Source of the DNA: Candidatus Omnitrophota bacterium
GTDB taxonomy: Bacteria; Omnitrophota; Gorgyraeia; Zapsychrales; Fredricksoniimonadaceae
DNA length: 53,966 nt
Direction of reading: 5' to 3'
Assembly (NCBI GenBank): GCA_903959815.1
Contig: CAJBYM010000002.1
Location: forward strand, 1 to 53,966
Both the position numbers and the translations under genes were made by a program. Below the pieces are notes generated by a model. That model did not search any database. It was not told where the DNA came from and saw only the letters and a program-made list of their open reading frames with translations. Numbering within the stretch: the first letter of the stretch is position 1; each line of letters starts with the position of its first letter. Of this stretch, positions 1-8,941 are shown one piece after another.

Positions 1-1029
1 GTCTTTACAGTCATTAATAATAGCACGATCCGCTATGGCCTTTTGAGTGTCAAGAATATCGGGGCCGGCGCGATCGCATCTATTGTTGAAGAACGCTCTA
101 AGGGTGGCCGTTTCACATCGATCTTTGATTTCTGCCGTCGTGTGGATCTGCATGCCTGTAATCGCAAGGCCATGGAATCTTTGATCCGCTGCGGGGCTTT
201 TGACAGTTTTGGTGTGAAGCGTTCTCAGCTGGCCGCGGTGCTTGAGCCGGCGTTAAACGGGGGGACAAGCCGTCAAAAAGATGCAGAGGCCGGACAATTG
301 TCTTTTTTTGCCATGGGAGAGACTTCGGGGGGGTTTTCCGCACAGTCGGAGGCCATGCCTGATATGAAAGAATGGCCGCAGCAACAGCTTTTAGCTTTTG
401 AAAAAGAACTTTTAGGATTTTATCTTAGTGGCCATCCGCTTGATCGTTATATTGTGGAGATCCAGACATTTACCAATGCTACGACATCCAAGATCTCAGG
501 TATGCTGGAGAATCAGGGGTTGGCGATGATCGCCATGATCACAGGAGTGAAATATACGGTTACCAAAAGCCGGGGTGAACGTATGGCCATTCTTACGCTT
601 GAAGATCTTGAGGGCACAACAGAAGCTGTCATGTTCCCTGAAGTGTTCAAGCTGATGGGTTCTCATATCCGTGAAGGCGCTGTGGTGGTTGTTAAGGGTA
701 AGATCCTTTCCCGTAAGGGGAAAGATGGCAAGCCGACCGGGCCGCGCAATATTGTGGTTGATGAGCTGCGCGATATCAATGAGATCTATCAATTGGTTAA
801 ACTGATCAGGATCGATATGACCAAGGTTGGTCCCGACAAGTTGACGGTCATTAAAAAGAAACTGGAACATTTCCCCGGTGATACGCCCGTTCATCTTCAG
901 ATCGATACCCGTAATCATAAAAGTGTTGAGATCAAGGTCGGACGGGAGCTTTATGTAACACCCAGCGAGGTCTTGATGGATGAGATCAAGTTTGTTGTCG
1001 GTGAAAATGGGTTCAGGGTTGTTTTGTAG
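1..1029 (+). CDS. dnaE: DNA polymerase III alpha subunit, C-terminal part (5'-truncated by window)
   Basis: Frame open from base 1 (VFTVINNSTIRYGLLSVKNIG); HhH region, 'ESLIRCGAFD', 'EKELLGFYLSGHPL', OB-fold 'MAILTLEDLEG'. Confidence 0.96.
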   Translation, partial: VFTVINNSTIRYGLLSVKNIGAGAIASIVEERSKGGRFTSIFDFCRRVDLHACNRKAMESLIRCGAFDSFGVKRSQLAAVLEPALNGGTSRQKDAEAGQLSFFAMGETSGGFSAQSEAMPDMKEWPQQQLLAFEKELLGFYLSGHPLDRYIVEIQTFTNATTSKISGMLENQGLAMIAMITGVKYTVTKSRGERMAILTLEDLEGTTEAVMFPEVFKLMGSHIREGAVVVVKGKILSRKGKDGKPTGPRNIVVDELRDINEIYQLVKLIRIDMTKVGPDKLTVIKKKLEHFPGDTPVHLQIDTRNHKSVEIKVGRELYVTPSEVLMDEIKFVVGENGFRVVL

Positions 1030-1065
1030 GGTGTATAACGGAAGATTTCAAAAATAGGGGGCTGC

Positions 1066-2517
1066 TTGATCTGGGAAGTTCTTTCTTTATTCTTCATGAA
1101 TTTATGTGCCGGACTTGTTTTTATTAATGAGGGGCTGTTTCACTGTGACAGCGTTGCTCTGGCGCGTGCCGTTGAAGTGACATATCAGACCGGTCAGCTG
1201 CAGCCTGCGGTGGCGGGCCGGTATGGCGCTGTTATTATCAATTCCATTTTGTATTTTCCTTTCTTTTTGTTGGGAGACAATGCGGATTTTCTTACCCGAT
1301 TCTCCAGTATCTTGTTTCATTCTCTATCTATCGTTGCCCTTTATTTGTTCATTGTTGAGTTCTTAGGTGACCGTGTCGTGGCTCTTTTTGGCGCCCTATT
1401 ATTTTCTGCGACCCCGCTTTATTTTATGCCCAACACCTATGGGAAAGAACATGGGATGGCCATGTTCTTCTTTTTATTTTCTTTTTATTCTTTATTACGC
1501 GGATGCAGAAAAAATTCCTTGTTTTGGGTCAGTCTTGCGAGCGTTTTTATGGGGATTTCTATTAGTGTGAGAGAATCTATTCTTGTGATGGTTCCCATGT
1601 TTGTGTTGCTTGCTTTTAGTCCGGCTATCACGACGCGTCCTTTTGCGATAACCATTCCCAAAGAAAAACGTGAATTGAAATGGTTGAGTGCTTTATTTTT
1701 GCCATTGTGTTGTGTTTTGGGAACCCTGTTTTTTACATACTTAGGTGATTTGTGTCATAGGACGCTGTTTGTTAGGGATGTCTCAGTGGCGTTTTATTGG
1801 GGATTGTTATCACCTGCTCTTTATCATGCGATGTACGATCTGGAAAATACGCTTGGCGTGTTCGGGGTTGGTTGCTTTGTGATGGGGATGACGGTACTGT
1901 TTTCTAAAGAAAATTTGTTCAAGGTGTTGTTTCTATTTATCTGGTGCATGTTCATTTTGTTTTATGGCAACAACAGATGTTACACTCCCCGGTATTTGGA
2001 TATGATCATGGTTCCTCTGTGGATAGCCGTGGCTTATGGTATTGTTTGGGTCTACCGGCTTAGAAGTGCTGTGGGAATCTTTCTACTTAGTTTGTTTTTG
2101 ACAGGCATGATCCTTTTTATGTATCCCATGCTTGTTTTTAGGCATCATTACAATGGAGAAAAGCGTTTTGCTGCGTATGTTCAAGGTGTTACCGAAAGTA
2201 ATGCGATTATTTTAGGTGCGGATGATAACTCTTTTATTGAATATTATGCCAAAAGAAAAACTTTAGGGATCCCTGTGAATGACTTTAATTCAATGGACGC
2301 TTTTTTGGATGAGGTTAGTGTGTATGTGAGACAAGGGGTTCCTGTTTATTTGATGGGATCGTTACGTATGTACGATGAACAGGGTATTTTTTGGAAAAAA
2401 ATCGCAGAAAGATTAAATTTGTTCCAAGTTGGGAAATTCCTTGCAGAAGATTTTCATAGACCTGAGAGGAAGCTTCAGACGTATTATGAAGGATTGTATC
2501 GGGTTTTTATTAAATGA
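1066..2517 (+). CDS. Polytopic membrane GT-C type glycosyltransferase (ArnT/PMT-like)
   Basis: About 11-12 hydrophobic segments, acidic residue in first loop (HCDS), soluble C-terminal domain; TTG start after AGGGGG. Confidence 0.6.
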   Translation: MIWEVLSLFFMNLCAGLVFINEGLFHCDSVALARAVEVTYQTGQLQPAVAGRYGAVIINSILYFPFFLLGDNADFLTRFSSILFHSLSIVALYLFIVEFLGDRVVALFGALLFSATPLYFMPNTYGKEHGMAMFFFLFSFYSLLRGCRKNSLFWVSLASVFMGISISVRESILVMVPMFVLLAFSPAITTRPFAITIPKEKRELKWLSALFLPLCCVLGTLFFTYLGDLCHRTLFVRDVSVAFYWGLLSPALYHAMYDLENTLGVFGVGCFVMGMTVLFSKENLFKVLFLFIWCMFILFYGNNRCYTPRYLDMIMVPLWIAVAYGIVWVYRLRSAVGIFLLSLFLTGMILFMYPMLVFRHHYNGEKRFAAYVQGVTESNAIILGADDNSFIEYYAKRKTLGIPVNDFNSMDAFLDEVSVYVRQGVPVYLMGSLRMYDEQGIFWKKIAERLNLFQVGKFLAEDFHRPERKLQTYYEGLYRVFIK

Positions 2518-2577
2518 TATTAAATCTTTAGTTTAAAGGTGTGGGTTTAAAGTGGTTTTTTAGGGGTTTTTTATAAC

Positions 2578-2606
2578 TTGACATCATAAAGCCCTGTTGA
2601 TACTAT
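2578..2606 (+). promoter_or_regulatory. Sigma70-type promoter for HU/IHF-hisS-aspS operon
   Basis: TTGACA (2578-2583), 17 bp spacer, TACTAT (2601-2606); SD GGAGG at 2641 before ATG 2655. Confidence 0.75.
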
Positions 2607-2654
2607 GTTTACAAAAATTAGCTCGTATTTTTCCACAGAGGGAGGCTTCAGATT

Positions 2655-2927
2655 ATGACCAAGAAAGACATTGTTCTTAAGATCACCGATATGACCGGCA
2701 TTAAGCAAGTCGATGTGAAGAAGATCGTTCAGAAAACATTCGATGTTATTGTCGAGAGTCTTAACCGCAACGAGAAGGTTGAGTTGCGTAATTTTGGCGT
2801 TTTCAAAATCAAAGAGCGCCGCGCCCGTTTTGGACGTAATCCGCGGACCGGAGAGAGCGTTCCCGTTCCACCGCGTCGCGTTGTTGTATTTAAACCCGGC
2901 CTTGAGATGAAACAGAAGATCAAATAA
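2655..2927 (+). CDS. HU/IHF family DNA-binding protein
   Basis: 'MTKKDIV...VELRNFGVF...GRNPRTGE.V.VP...VVFKPG' signature. Confidence 0.95.
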   Translation: MTKKDIVLKITDMTGIKQVDVKKIVQKTFDVIVESLNRNEKVELRNFGVFKIKERRARFGRNPRTGESVPVPPRRVVVFKPGLEMKQKIK

Positions 2928-2928
2928 C

Positions 2929-4230
2929 GTGAAAATATCCTCTCCCCGCGGCACAAGCGATATCTTACCCGACCAGATCGCCGCATGGCAGGCCCTCGAG
3001 CAGACAGCCCGAACGCTTTTCAAGACATACGGTTACAGCGAGATCCGTACACCTGTGTTCGAAGACACGGGGCTTTTTAAACGTTCCTTGGGAGAGACCA
3101 CGGAAGTTGTTAACAAACAGCTCCTTGAGGTCAAAAGTCAGCGTGAAGGGGCAGCGGATGATGCTGCGTTCGCACTTCGCCCTGAAGGGACTGCTTCGGT
3201 CGTGCGTGCCTACAATCAATATGATCTTGGCCGCGAAGAATTCTTATCCAAACTTTTTTATATTGCGCCGATGTTTCGCGGTGAGCGTCCTCAAAAAGGA
3301 AGGCTTCGTCAGTTCCATCAGATCGGGGCTGAGGCTATCGGCCGTGGGGCTGATCATCCTTTACTGGATGCCGAGATCATTGCGCTCAGCGTCGAACTTC
3401 TTAAGTCTTTTGGCTTAAGTGACTTTAAGCTCAAGATCAACAGCCTTGGCAGTGCACAAGATAAACAGAAATTTGCGGACTGGCTGCGTGCCGAGCTTAA
3501 GGACAAGATCTCTCATTTGAGCGATACGTGTAAGGACCAGTATGAGCGCAATGTGTTCCGTTTGCTAGATTCCAAGGATGAGGATTGTAAGAAAGTTGTT
3601 CAGGGCTTAAATATTGGTACGCGTCATTTGTCTGATAGCGGGCTAAAATATTTTGAAGAGGTTAAAAAGGGCCTGGATCAATTAGGCGTTGCTTATGAGG
3701 TGTCGTCTCAGCTTGTGCGTGGTCTGGATTATTATACGCATACGGTCTTTGAGATCTCTTATGCCGGCTTGGGGGCCCAGGATGCCTTGGGAGCGGGTGG
3801 CCGGTATAACGGGCTCATTGAACAGCTCGGCGGCGGTGATAGGCGTTTTCCGGAACCTGTCGGAGCGATCGGTTTTGCTTTGGGTATGGAACGGATCCTT
3901 TTGGCGCTTGAAGCGCAGGGCAAGACAGTGGTATCAAAGCCTTCGATCGATGTTTTTGCTGTGGCGGGAAAGCTTGAATTTGAGAAAGATGTCTTTGCTT
4001 TGGTGAATCTTTTGCGTGAGAATGGCATATCCGCAGACATGGATTTCGGCTGTGGCCGTGCCGTGAAGAAGCAGTTTGACCAGGCCAATAAGCTTGGCGC
4101 AAGGTTCGTACTCGTCTTGGGTGAAGAAGAGATGCGGCATGGCACCGTGGGTTTTAAGAACATGTTCACCGGGGATCAGACGGATGTTCCCCGGAATGAA
4201 ATTATTTTAAAAATAAAATCGATGTTGTAG
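2929..4230 (+). CDS. hisS: Histidine--tRNA ligase
   Basis: 'PRGT.D', 'LRPEGTA', 'FRGERPQKGRLRQFHQ', 'LVRGLDYY', 'GGRY', 'GFALGMER'. Confidence 0.98.
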   Translation: MKISSPRGTSDILPDQIAAWQALEQTARTLFKTYGYSEIRTPVFEDTGLFKRSLGETTEVVNKQLLEVKSQREGAADDAAFALRPEGTASVVRAYNQYDLGREEFLSKLFYIAPMFRGERPQKGRLRQFHQIGAEAIGRGADHPLLDAEIIALSVELLKSFGLSDFKLKINSLGSAQDKQKFADWLRAELKDKISHLSDTCKDQYERNVFRLLDSKDEDCKKVVQGLNIGTRHLSDSGLKYFEEVKKGLDQLGVAYEVSSQLVRGLDYYTHTVFEISYAGLGAQDALGAGGRYNGLIEQLGGGDRRFPEPVGAIGFALGMERILLALEAQGKTVVSKPSIDVFAVAGKLEFEKDVFALVNLLRENGISADMDFGCGRAVKKQFDQANKLGARFVLVLGEEEMRHGTVGFKNMFTGDQTDVPRNEIILKIKSML

Positions 4231-4254
4231 GGGCGGGTCTATGACCCGCCCGTA
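4227..4254. repeat. REP-like GTAG palindrome
   Basis: GTAG-GGGCGGGTC-TAT-GACCCGCCC-GTA; overlaps hisS stop; similar element at 17537-17564. Confidence 0.7.
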
Positions 4255-4277
4255 TGACGTATCAGAAAGGTAATATC

Positions 4278-5678
4278 ATGTTGCGTACGCACACATGTGG
4301 TGAGCTTCGTCCAGCGCATAAAGATCAGGAGGTTGTCCTCACGGGATGGGTTCATCGTCGCCGTGATCATGGCAAACTCATTTTCATTGATATCCGTGAC
4401 CGTTATGGTATCACGCAGGTTGTTTTTGTTCCGTCCGTCGCTAAAATGGCGCATGACAATGCTCAAAAGCTTGGTCCGGAGTTTGTGGTCCGTATTAAAG
4501 GGTCGGTGAGCGTTCGCCCGGATAAGAATGTTAATCCGGATATGCTGACCGGAGGGGTTGAGTTGTTGGCCAAAGAGCTTGAGATCCTTAACGAGAGCAA
4601 GGTTCCTGTTTTTGAGATCGACGGTGATACTGAGGTTACGGAAGAGCTCCGATTGACATATCGCTATCTCGATCTTCGCCGTGATAAGATGCGTGAAACG
4701 CTTGTGATGCGCGCCAAACTTGCGGCGGCGGTCAGAACGTTCCTGAATAGTGAAAATTTCCTTGAGGTTGAAACACCTGTTCTGACCAAATCAACACCTG
4801 AAGGCGCACGTGATTTTCTCGTTCCTTCAAGGCTCAATCTGGGACAGTTTTATGCTTTACCGCAGTCGCCTCAGCTTTTCAAACAGCTTTTGATGGTTTC
4901 CGGCATGGACCGTTATTATCAGATTGTCAAATGTTTCCGGGATGAGGATCTGCGTGCGGACCGTCAACCTGAGTTTACTCAGATCGATATGGAAATGTCC
5001 TTTGTCGACGAGGAAGATGTTTACGCTGTGACTGAGCGCATGTACCAGAAGATCTTTAAGGATGTGAAGGGCATTGATTTGCCTATTCCGTTCCCGCGCA
5101 TGACGCATGCCGAGGCTATGGCGAAATATGGTTGTGATAAGCCGGATATCCGTAAAGATAAAACGGATAAAAATGAATTTGCATTCTTATGGGTGACAGA
5201 ATTTCCGCTTTTTAAATGGAACGCTGAAGAGAAGCGTTGGAATAGCGAGCATCATCCGTTCACGTCTGTTCATCCGGATGATGTGGCCATGATGGACTCT
5301 CAGGATCTGTCCAAGATCCGTTCGCGCGCGTATGACCTGGTCTTGAACGGTAATGAGATTGGTTCAGGATCGATCCGTATCCATCGCCGTGAGATCCAGA
5401 AAAGGATCTTTGATATCATTGGTCTTAGCCAGGAAGATATTGAGGGGCGTTTTGGATTCTTGCTGAGGGCCTTTGAGTATGGTGCGCCGCCGCACGCGGG
5501 CGTTGCTTATGGCCTTGACCGTTTGGTTGCGATCCTCACCGGCCTTGATTCGATCAGGGATACGATCGCGTTCCCCAAGACCCAGCGCGGGGCGTGCCCT
5601 TTGTCTGATGCTCCGTCAGTCGTAGAAGCTAAGTCTTTGCAGGATCTTGGGTTGATAACGCTTAAGAAAAAGTCATAG
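4278..5678 (+). CDS. aspS: Aspartate--tRNA ligase, bacterial type, lacking the GAD insertion domain
   Basis: 'MLRTHTCGEL', 'RRDHG', 'YRYLDLRR', 'PQSPQLFKQLLM', 'FRDEDLRADRQPEFTQ', 'GAPPHAG'; start placed at ATG 4278 after AAAGG. Confidence 0.97.
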   Translation: MLRTHTCGELRPAHKDQEVVLTGWVHRRRDHGKLIFIDIRDRYGITQVVFVPSVAKMAHDNAQKLGPEFVVRIKGSVSVRPDKNVNPDMLTGGVELLAKELEILNESKVPVFEIDGDTEVTEELRLTYRYLDLRRDKMRETLVMRAKLAAAVRTFLNSENFLEVETPVLTKSTPEGARDFLVPSRLNLGQFYALPQSPQLFKQLLMVSGMDRYYQIVKCFRDEDLRADRQPEFTQIDMEMSFVDEEDVYAVTERMYQKIFKDVKGIDLPIPFPRMTHAEAMAKYGCDKPDIRKDKTDKNEFAFLWVTEFPLFKWNAEEKRWNSEHHPFTSVHPDDVAMMDSQDLSKIRSRAYDLVLNGNEIGSGSIRIHRREIQKRIFDIIGLSQEDIEGRFGFLLRAFEYGAPPHAGVAYGLDRLVAILTGLDSIRDTIAFPKTQRGACPLSDAPSVVEAKSLQDLGLITLKKKS

Positions 5679-5687
5679 GAGGCAGTT

Positions 5688-6200
5688 ATGATGAAGAAAA
5701 CACTTCCCTTTGTTTTAAGTTGTGCGGCTGTTATGCTTTTGTCCGGTTGTTATACGGCAAGGACCTATGTGGTTAATAAAGAACGCGTGGATCAAGACAT
5801 TCCTGGACAAACCAACAATGCCCCGGCGAAGACCCGGAAGGTTGTTGTGCTTGAGGTGATCGAGAAAGATAAGGCGCATCCTGCTTTGGCTGGCGATAAA
5901 GTTGGCACGGCATCTGCGTCCGCATCGGCATCGACGTCTCAAGAGGGCAGTTTTACCTTGCCGCAAAGCAGTCCGGCGGTTGAAAAAGCAAGCGTGGTTG
6001 TCCCTGAACCACAGAATTATGTGGTTGAGAAAGATGACACCTTGCAGAAGATCTCGAAGAAAGTTTATGGTTCTTACAGCAAATGGACCAAGATCTATGA
6101 TGCCAATCGTGATGTCATCAAGGATCCTAATTTCTTGAAGTTTGGTGTTACGCTCAAGATCCCTGCGTTGGAAACACAGACGACAACAGAGAATAAATAA
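5688..6200 (+). CDS. LysM domain lipoprotein
   Basis: Lipobox 'LLSGC'; C-terminal LysM 'YVVEKDDTLQKISKKVYG...W..IY.AN...I.DPN...G..L.IP'. Confidence 0.88.
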   Translation: MMKKTLPFVLSCAAVMLLSGCYTARTYVVNKERVDQDIPGQTNNAPAKTRKVVVLEVIEKDKAHPALAGDKVGTASASASASTSQEGSFTLPQSSPAVEKASVVVPEPQNYVVEKDDTLQKISKKVYGSYSKWTKIYDANRDVIKDPNFLKFGVTLKIPALETQTTTENK

Positions 6201-6215
6201 CGGAGACAATCCCTC

Positions 6216-7163
6216 ATGATCATGAACCTTAAGTTTGACGACAATCGTGATATCCAGCAGCTTTTTGGCAAGTATGACGAGAATCTGAAGACCATTGAAA
6301 AAGAATTTGGTGTCCGTATTTACCGCACGCACGAAGGGCTTCGCGTTGATGGTGTGGATGACAAGGTCAGTCAGGTCGGTGAACTTTTTAATTATCTTTT
6401 GGGGATCGTTAAAAGCGGGCGTGCGGTCAAGAAACGTGATATTCAGTATGCCAATCGGGTCGCGGAACAGGAAAAGGAAGACGGCCTTAAACGTTTGTCC
6501 AAAGAAAAGATCGAGCTTCCGATCAAGGGCGGTCTTATTACGCCCAAGACCAAAGGGCAAATCGAATATGTCGAAGCTATTAAGAAATACGATATTGTTT
6601 TTGGGATCGGTCCGGCGGGTACAGGAAAGACATACCTGGCCATGGCGATGGCCGTTAATGCGCTCAAGAAAGGGCTGGTGCGTCGTATCATTTTGACGCG
6701 ACCGGCTGTTGAGGCAGGCGAAAATCTGGGTTTCTTGCCCGGCGAGCTTGAGCAGAAGGTCATGCCGTATTTGCGGCCTCTTTATGATGCGCTTTATGAA
6801 ATGTTGGAGCCGGATAAAGTTGAACAATATTCCGAGCAGGGGATCATTGAAGTGGCGCCGTTGGCCTATATGCGCGGCCGCACGTTCAACGAGGCGTTCG
6901 TTATTCTTGATGAGGCGCAAAATTCGACGCCGGAGCAGATGAAAATGTTCTTAACGCGTCTTGGATTTGACTCGAAGACGATCATTACGGGTGATGTGAC
7001 CCAGAGCGACCTTCCGGAAGGCCAGCTCATTGGTCTTATTGAGGCGGAGAAAGTGCTGAGGAATGTGGATGAGATCAAGTTTGTGCATTTGACGGGAGAA
7101 GATACTGTCCGTCATGAGCTCGTTCAGAAGATCATTGAGGCGTATGATAAATATCATAAATAA
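6216..7163 (+). CDS. phoH: PhoH family ATPase
   Basis: 'GPAGTGKTYLA', 'RPAVEAGE.LGFLPG', 'PLAYMRGRT', 'LDEAQN', 'GDVTQ.D'. Confidence 0.96.
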   Translation: MIMNLKFDDNRDIQQLFGKYDENLKTIEKEFGVRIYRTHEGLRVDGVDDKVSQVGELFNYLLGIVKSGRAVKKRDIQYANRVAEQEKEDGLKRLSKEKIELPIKGGLITPKTKGQIEYVEAIKKYDIVFGIGPAGTGKTYLAMAMAVNALKKGLVRRIILTRPAVEAGENLGFLPGELEQKVMPYLRPLYDALYEMLEPDKVEQYSEQGIIEVAPLAYMRGRTFNEAFVILDEAQNSTPEQMKMFLTRLGFDSKTIITGDVTQSDLPEGQLIGLIEAEKVLRNVDEIKFVHLTGEDTVRHELVQKIIEAYDKYHK

Positions 7164-8511
7164 GAAAAAAGACAGCATCATCAAGGCGGCTGTGATCTTC
7201 ACGATCCTTTTGGGCTATTGTGTGGTAGCCGGATTTTCTTTGATCATTCCGCTCTTGTTGGTATTTTATGGATGTCATCTCGCGCTCTTTAAGAAGATCG
7301 ATGCCCGTCGTTTTCTTCATCTTGGATTTCTTCTGGTTCTGATCGTGGCGCTGGGTCATGCCATGACAGAATATTGGAAGTTCTCACCGTATGTCGTGCC
7401 TGTCGCGAGTGTGGCGATGCTGGCTATGCTGCTTTTCAATGATTTTCAGTTGGCTTTTTCCATGTCGTTCATGTCTTCGGCGATCTTGAGTTTGGCCGTT
7501 GGGATGCCGCTGGATTATTGCATCATCGTGTTTATCGGCGGGCTAACCGGTGCTTACATCATCCGTGATGCGCGTACGCGAGGCAAGGTGCTTTTCGCAG
7601 GGTTGTTGGCGGGTATGGTGCAGGCATTCGGATATTTTTTGGTCCATCCCGTATTCTCAAAAGAGCTTTTCTTGGATGGGCTGGAACCTTTCTTTGCCAA
7701 TGGACTTCTTTCGGCTGCCATTGTATTGGCGACGCTCAAGATCTTTGAGAGTTTGTTCGGAGAGTTGACCAATTTTAGTCTTTTGGAACTTTCAGATTCG
7801 CTGACCCAGCCGCTTTTGAAACGACTCGCGTTTGAAGCGCCAGGAACTTATCATCATAGCCTGGTTTTGAGCAATCTTGCCGGAGCGGCAGCGGATGCGA
7901 TCGATGCCAATACACTTTTGGTGCGTGTCGGATCTTATTATCATGACATCGGGAAATTGGTGAAGCCTGAATATTTTACCGAGAATCAGATGATGGCGGA
8001 TAATAAGCATGATGAGCTTGAGCCCTCGATGAGTCGTCTGGTCATCCTCAATCACATTAAAGAGGGCGTTGAAATCGCCCGTAAGCATAAACTGAGCCCC
8101 AAGCTGATCGATTTTATCCAGCAACATCATGGCACGAGCCTGATCTATTATTTTTATCAGAAAGCCCTGACGGGCGATGATGCTGAATCTGTGAGTGAAG
8201 AGAATTACCGTTATCCAGGCCCCAAGCCGCAGACCAAGGAGACGGCGATCGTTATGTTGGCGGATTCTGTTGAAGGTGCGACGCGTGCCCTGGATGAGCA
8301 TACGCCTACCAGGATCAGTGATATGGTCCGCAAGGTCATCAATAATAAGTTCATTGATGGACAGTTGGATGAATGTACGCTGACGCTGCGCGAGATTGAA
8401 ACGATCTCCGGTGTGTTTTCGCGTGAACTTTCCGCCATGTATCATGTGCGTGTGAAATATCCCAATGCCAAAAAGTCAAACGGACATAACGGCGAAGAAG
8501 AGCGGTCTTAA
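7144..8511 (+). CDS. 7TM-HDIG phosphohydrolase (PgpH-like) without large extracellular domain
   Basis: TM block then 'APGTYHHS', 'YYHDIGK', 'QHHGT', 'YPGPKPQ.KE', 'MLAD..E'; typical phoH-ybeY context; start uncertain (7114/7144). Confidence 0.88.
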   Translation: MINIINKKKDSIIKAAVIFTILLGYCVVAGFSLIIPLLLVFYGCHLALFKKIDARRFLHLGFLLVLIVALGHAMTEYWKFSPYVVPVASVAMLAMLLFNDFQLAFSMSFMSSAILSLAVGMPLDYCIIVFIGGLTGAYIIRDARTRGKVLFAGLLAGMVQAFGYFLVHPVFSKELFLDGLEPFFANGLLSAAIVLATLKIFESLFGELTNFSLLELSDSLTQPLLKRLAFEAPGTYHHSLVLSNLAGAAADAIDANTLLVRVGSYYHDIGKLVKPEYFTENQMMADNKHDELEPSMSRLVILNHIKEGVEIARKHKLSPKLIDFIQQHHGTSLIYYFYQKALTGDDAESVSEENYRYPGPKPQTKETAIVMLADSVEGATRALDEHTPTRISDMVRKVINNKFIDGQLDECTLTLREIETISGVFSRELSAMYHVRVKYPNAKKSNGHNGEEERS

Positions 8512-8941
8512 GATCACGGTCTTTTTCAGCTCTGGCTTACGCAAGGATCTGGCCGGGGGTTTGTCTGCGGCCACGATCGAACGGGTGGCTTTGCTTTTTC
8601 TTTTGCATCATGGGATCAAATCTGCAACATTGTCCCTTGTTTTTGTTACGGGACCTGCAATTCGAAAGATCAATAAAACACATCTTGGTCATGATCATGT
8701 GACAGATATCATCACATTTGATTTTGGTGACGATAAGGCTCATTGTATAGATGGGGAGCTTGTGATCTGTTTAACCGAGGCTGTTCGTAATGCCCGGATT
8801 TTTGGTGAGCCTGTTGAACGTGAGATCTTGCGTTATGTGGCGCATGGCATTCTTCATTTATTGGGGCAGGATGATGCTACGGACAAGCAGCGTGCCGCGA
8901 TGCGCGTGAAGGAAGATCAATTATTGGAGTTGATCTCATGA
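8465..8941 (+). CDS. ybeY: rRNA maturation RNase YbeY
   Basis: 'TDIITF', 'GELVIC', 'HGILHLLGQDD'; conserved context. Confidence 0.88.
   Translation: MPKSQTDITAKKSGLKITVFFSSGLRKDLAGGLSAATIERVALLFLLHHGIKSATLSLVFVTGPAIRKINKTHLGHDHVTDIITFDFGDDKAHCIDGELVICLTEAVRNARIFGEPVEREILRYVAHGILHLLGQDDATDKQRAAMRVKEDQLLELIS

Noticed and set aside
2571-3023. 150-aa minus-strand ORF
   Set aside because: Antisense to HU/IHF and hisS, which are clearly real
4254-4277. Longer aspS start at 4254
   Set aside because: Overlaps the REP; ATG 4278 has an SD and gives the canonical 'MLRTH' start
5715-6920. 401-aa minus-strand ORF
   Set aside because: Antisense shadow of the LysM and phoH genes; no recognizable motifs
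8840-8880. YbeY third His replaced by Asp (GQDD) as sign of inactivation
   Set aside because: GxDD variants are common in YbeY of several phyla
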